From positions 360,001 to 392,000 of the forward strand of contig NC_002677.1 of assembly GCF_000195855.1 (NCBI RefSeq): a stretch of 32,000 nucleotides of DNA. The letters run 5' to 3'. The DNA is from Mycobacterium leprae TN (GTDB lineage Bacteria; Actinomycetota; Actinomycetes; Mycobacteriales; Mycobacteriaceae). Under the pieces are notes generated by a model that searched no databases, had not been told where the DNA came from, and worked only from the letters and a program-made list of their open reading frames with translations. The translations under genes and the position numbers were made by a program. This document shows, in pieces, positions 24,441-32,000 of the stretch; the first letter of the stretch is position 1, and every line of letters begins with the position of its first letter.

Positions 24441-25651
24441 TTGACCATCGGCATCGTTTTGGCAGCTCTCGGCGGCCTCAGCGCGTTCGCCACCTCGACA
24501 ACCATCAACCATCGGCAACATGTGCTGAGTACTGTGCTGAGCCACACCGAGCCGCTGTCGTTCGCAGCTGGACGGCTTTACACCACGTTGTCAGTTGCCG
24601 ACGCCGCAGCGGCCACTGCATTCATAGCCCAAGCTGAACCACGCACCGTCCGGTTGCGTTACGAACAGGCCGTCACCGACGCCGCGGTGGCGGCAACCCG
24701 GGCGTCGAGCGGACTGACCGACACCCGGCTGGTGGAATTGCTGGGCCGGATCAATGCTGAACTGGCCGTCTATACCGGGTTGATCGAGATCGCCCGCACC
24801 AATAACCGGGAAGGCAACCCGGTCGGGTCGTCGTACCTGTCGGAAGCATCGGGGCTGATGCAATCGACAATCCTGACCGCAGCACAAGAGCTCTACCAGG
24901 AGACGTCCAACCGCGTAGATACCGAAACCACCGCATCCACTCAAATTCCACTCCCGGTGATTCTTATCGTCTCCACTACCGTGGTCTTCGGTGCTTTATC
25001 CCACCGCTGGCTGGCCCGGCGCACCAGGCGCCGGATCAACCTCGGGCTCGTGGCGGGCGCGCTCTGCATTCTCGTCATGGTGATGTGGGTCGGAACCGCA
25101 TTAACGATTTCCACGACCGCCAGCCGTAGCGCCAAAGACACTGCGGCCGAGTCGCTGAGAACTGTTACCAACGTCCAGATCACCGCTCAGCAAGCGCGAG
25201 CTGACGAGACGCTGTCGCTGATCCGGCACGGCGATGACGAGAGCCGGAGGAGAGCGTTCTACACCCGCATCGACACCATGCATCAAGAGATCGGCCAGTA
25301 CTTGTCCCGCAGCGACGCCATAGACAAGGAAGACCTGCAAAGCGTTGACCAGCTGCTGGTCCGCTGGCGGCAGGCGAATGATCGGATGAACTCCTACATC
25401 TCGGTAGGTAACTACCTGGCCGCTACTAAGGTTGCGCTGGGTAGCGGTGAGGACGACTCCACCCCCGCGTTTGACAAGCTCGACGACGAGTTGGTCAGGA
25501 CGGTGGACCAAAGCCGCACCCGCTTGCGCCAAGACATCCTGAATGCGCGCAGCGGGTTATCCGGTGCCCAAATCGGGGGCATGGTACTCAGCCTGGGCGT
25601 CGCCATTGCGGTAGCCCTCGGCCTGTGGCCGCGGTTGAAGGAATATCGGTG

Positions 25652-25652
<1 letters not shown>
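24441..25652 (+). CDS. glnX: Membrane protein adjacent to glnH/pknG (GlnX-like)
   Basis: 403 aa ORF with two transmembrane regions flanking an extracytoplasmic domain. A TGATG overlap links it to glnH. The annotated start is uncertain because N-terminal sequence continues upstream in another frame (see findings). Confidence 0.82.
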
Positions 25653-28932
<3,280 letters not shown>

Positions 28933-29410
28933 TGCTAGCGTGCGTTCAGGACTTCGATTGCGTGCATCCAGCGCGCGAATTCTAACTGTGGAATTACCGT
29001 AGTCAACACGGAACTGCACTCTCTCAAGGTTTCAAGGTGCGGGGTCTTCGGTAATCCCAGGACTCCCTTCCAGGATCGCAGCTTATGTGCATCGCATACT
29101 TCATTGATTTCAGACGCCCAGGAGTAGACGGTGGTTTGGGAGATGCCTTCTGGAGCTGTTGCGCCGTTGAGGCAAGTGGTCACCGATCTGCAAGCGCAGC
29201 GTCGGGCTGGCATGATCGAGATCCATGAGGAGGCCGAGCCGTTTCTGAGGTGGCTGTTGGGTCTTATCTTGCAGATCGCCGAGACCTACAAATAGACCCC
29301 GCACCTTGTATTAGAACTTTAGCTACGGCGTATAACAAACACGCACGCTGGATTCATGGTTTGGTTGTAACAGTGGTTTGGGTGGCGGTGTTGATGGGTG
29401 AAGTGTTTTG

Positions 29411-29441
29411 TGTTCTGTTGTGGGGGTGGAGTAAAGGGTGG
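29411..29441 (+). repeat. Left copy of 31-bp perfect inverted repeat
   Basis: tgttctgttgtgggggtggagtaaagggtgg read directly; partner at 30272-30302. Confidence 0.93.
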
Positions 29442-30271
29442 TGGGTCAGTGTATTGGCGGGTCGGTGCGTCAGGTCGCAAAGGTCGGTATCGATGCCGTG
29501 GTGATGCGGGTATGAGAGTCGTTTCGAGGTCTTGGTCTCACGCTGGGGTTGTACAGCGATTCTGTGGTAGGGCGTTGTCTTGTGGTTGATCATGGCCGCA
29601 GTGATCACATCAGTGCTGTGGTCCTTGGATAGGTGTAGCAGCTGCACGAATCCGCTACTTGTGTTCGGCCAGGGCGCCGATTTGGGGGTCTAATTTTTGC
29701 CGATGATTACATCATCCGCCCAATGCTATGAGGTTAGAGCACCACACGGTCGTGTAGTTTTCGCGGGACGTGCACTGGTGGTGGCCATACCTAGAGAATA
29801 ATGGTGGTGCCCGGTTTTAGCGTGCTGTGCCCTCAGCGTGCGGAACATCCACCCAGTGCGCACATGTTGGTTGAGCTTGGACTCGATGTTGAAGTGTTTT
29901 ATAGGACACCTGCATCTTTCGGGCCGGTCGGGATAGGTTTTGGGCCAACACCCCCACAATTTGTTCGGGACTGTACTTCTTGGCCAGCACACATGTCTAT
30001 CTCCGTACGCAGCTGCCCACAACGCTCACCTTGCCGGCCTTTAAAGCCACTGGCCCACTGCTCACTGCATAGCTAAGCAATACAAGCTCAGTAACCCGAT
30101 TGAGCGTCTTAGCCAGCATAGTTGGTGTCGAATCAGTGCAACCCCCAAAGCAACCCGCAAACACGCGGGCCCCACCCTTGCTGGTGATCTCACGCACGAT
30201 CCCCACCCCCACCCAACCCAAACGAACGGTTAACGATCGATCACATCAACTCACAACACTGCAACACACCG

Positions 30272-30302
30272 CCACCCTTTACTCCACCCCCACAACAGAA
30301 CA
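30272..30302 (-). repeat. Right copy of 31-bp perfect inverted repeat
   Basis: ccaccctttactccacccccacaacagaaca, the exact reverse complement of 29411-29441. Confidence 0.93.
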
Positions 30303-30541
30303 TGCACACAAAGTACAATTCAACCCCGTCAATCCGAACGTGCGTGCCACCGAACACCAACACGCCTTAACGTCGAACTAGTTCACGTAAGCCCGGATGC
30401 CGGTAGATCTTCGTTGCCTCGATACGTGTCTGGATCGTGGCGGAGTCTTGGTTCGGTGAGCCTCGGAAGATCTGAGGTGACTGAGTTGGGATACGGGTTG
30501 TTGTTGTAGTGGATGCCGGCACAGTGGTCTCCGGGATGGGG

Positions 30542-31340
30542 TTACTGGTGTCGCATACGTTGGCCAATGATATGACCTGTGATGACGACAGCGACAAGTA
30601 CGCCGAGAGCTAGCCAACACAACACCACATCGAAGATGCTGGTGATTTGGTGGGCGAGGTTCTTGCGGTAGACGAGGTTATGCCATCCGGTGGTGTTTGG
30701 AACCATGGTGCCAACGAGATGCTCGCGATAAGCCGAGAAATGCTCATGGTGAGGAGAAATCCGCACAGTGACGAGATCAAGCCTCGCGGAGCGCAAGGTG
30801 TTGGCTAGGTTGACGCGAAGCTAGATCGCGAAGACCGTGGTGGTCAAATCCGAACGCGGCCAGCGTCATGGTACCGTAGCGCGATAAGAGGAAATTCACA
30901 CTCACCGCGACCCCGAGGTCGGTGATCCTCATCAACACCGATCCCAAGCACCACATCGCGATGAGCAGTAAGCTTTTTCGGGTAGCCTTTCACCAGGGGC
31001 TCTCGTCTTCTGGTGCGCCGCCACGGTAGCTGTGCAGTGCGAAAAGTATTGGGGGTGCAAAAATCACCGCGGTAGTTGTCCATGCCAAATAACCTTCGCA
31101 TCCGATTCCCGCCGTAGAGGTGTTCTGCGCAATGCCGTGGAACGCGTCGACGTAGCGTTCGGTGGGCAGGCGCCACACTAGGACCCCAGCGGCCAGCGTG
31201 TATATCTCGAGCCCGGTAGTCGAGAGTCGGGACGCCTTGGTGCTGCGAAAAATCCAGCTGGCCGTGACGAGGACAGCGGCTAGCGACACCAAGCTATACA
31301 TCATTGCTGTAGCAATAACCGTGATGTTTTTCTTGGCCAA
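30542..31340 (-). pseudogene. Probable remnant(s) of membrane protein gene(s), family not identified
   Basis: Hydrophobic minus-strand ORFs MAKKNITVIATAMMYSLVSLAAVLVTASWIF... (30990-31340) and ...ITSIFDVVLCWLALGVLVAVVITGHIIGQ (30542-30796), separated by stops or frame changes. Confidence 0.3.
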
Positions 31341-32000
31341 GTCAGACTAACCGCCCGAGTGCAACGCGTACCTCACCCGCCAGCACGTGTTGAAAATGGT
31401 GCTGAGCGATGTACCGATCATTGCTGCGTAGCTGATGATCTGAGCCAGACCCGAGCCACCTTCGGTGCCCGTCATCGTCTACGGCTGGGCCGGTCATTAT
31501 CGGTTGTGTGCTCAAGTGCGCCGGCTGCCCCCAACCAGGCCCCGGGCCCGACACCGCCGGGCCACGTGTACTAATCCAACGGATTGGACTCGCTTGGAAC
31601 GCGTCGGAGACGACAAAGCTGGCCATTGACAGTTAGATAGGGTTCGTTGAGTAACAGACGAAGCCGGCCAGCCAGGGCAAGCTTGAACCGAGCTCTCGAC
31701 AACCTACACAGGCCCACATAGGTTTACGGGCGAGCGAACCTGAGAGAAAGCAGGGTTACCGTCCTCAGGAGCCCAAATAACGGTACTTTGCTGGCGGGTG
31801 TGGCCCAACCCCCAACCGAAATAGAGGCTCCAAGGAGAGAACAGGGCGGCGACGACAAAATTAGCGGCGACCAAGTCGCGGATGTGGTTCCGTCGCTGGG
31901 TTGGCTATCCGGCTGTGTGCTGGGGGTCCCAGTAGACACGTCCTTACGTAGTGTCCGGTCCTGAGGTGGCGGCGCCTGGGGTGCCCTACACGGTGTCGGC

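Larger units (their letters stand above)
29411..30302 (-). mobile_element. Decayed insertion element bounded by a 31-bp perfect inverted repeat, with an IS30-like transposase remnant. Possible REPLEP-class repeat.
   Basis: 29411-29441 tgttctgttgtgggggtggagtaaagggtgg is the exact reverse complement of 30272-30302. Minus-strand fragments: VREITSKGG; LAKKYSPEQIVGVLAQ; TYPDRPER; MQVSYKT; SQIGALAEH; GFVQLLHLSKDHSTDVITAAM; GIDTDLCDLTH. Confidence 0.6.

Noticed and set aside
29411-30302. Assignment to the RLEP repeat family
   Set aside because: I did not see sequences I associate with the RLEP diagnostic core. The end structure and IS30-like remnant suggest a different repeat class.

Overview
This window looks like Mycobacterium leprae or a very close relative. 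The basis is gene content, order and protein similarity recalled against mycobacterial homologues, plus extensive gene decay; no database search was run. Intact or near-intact genes: thioesterase-like gene, purA, a DAGK-like hypothetical, a DUF3151-like gene, a membrane protein, fba (class II aldolase), a DedA-family gene, thiC-thiD, thiO-thiS-thiG, thiE, and the glnX-like/glnH/pknG cluster. Two TPP riboswitches are directly readable, one upstream of thiC (+) and one upstream of thiOSG (-). Decayed genes recognised: an M50 metalloprotease-like gene, a CDF cation-efflux gene, a cytochrome P450 and mutT3. The most interesting structure is a 2383-bp element (9128-11510) right after the DedA gene. 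It has imperfect terminal inverted repeats and a degraded IS630-type transposase that appears to be split by a degraded group II intron (GTGCG 5' end, RT/maturase remnant, domain V-like hairpin). Its length equals the length I recall for the M. leprae LEPREP repeat. A second element (29411-30302) has a perfect 31-bp inverted repeat at its ends and an IS30-like transposase remnant, and may be a REPLEP-class repeat. The interval 11511-17345 is almost entirely non-coding decay. I found no CRISPR array and no convincing new defence system or biosynthetic system.
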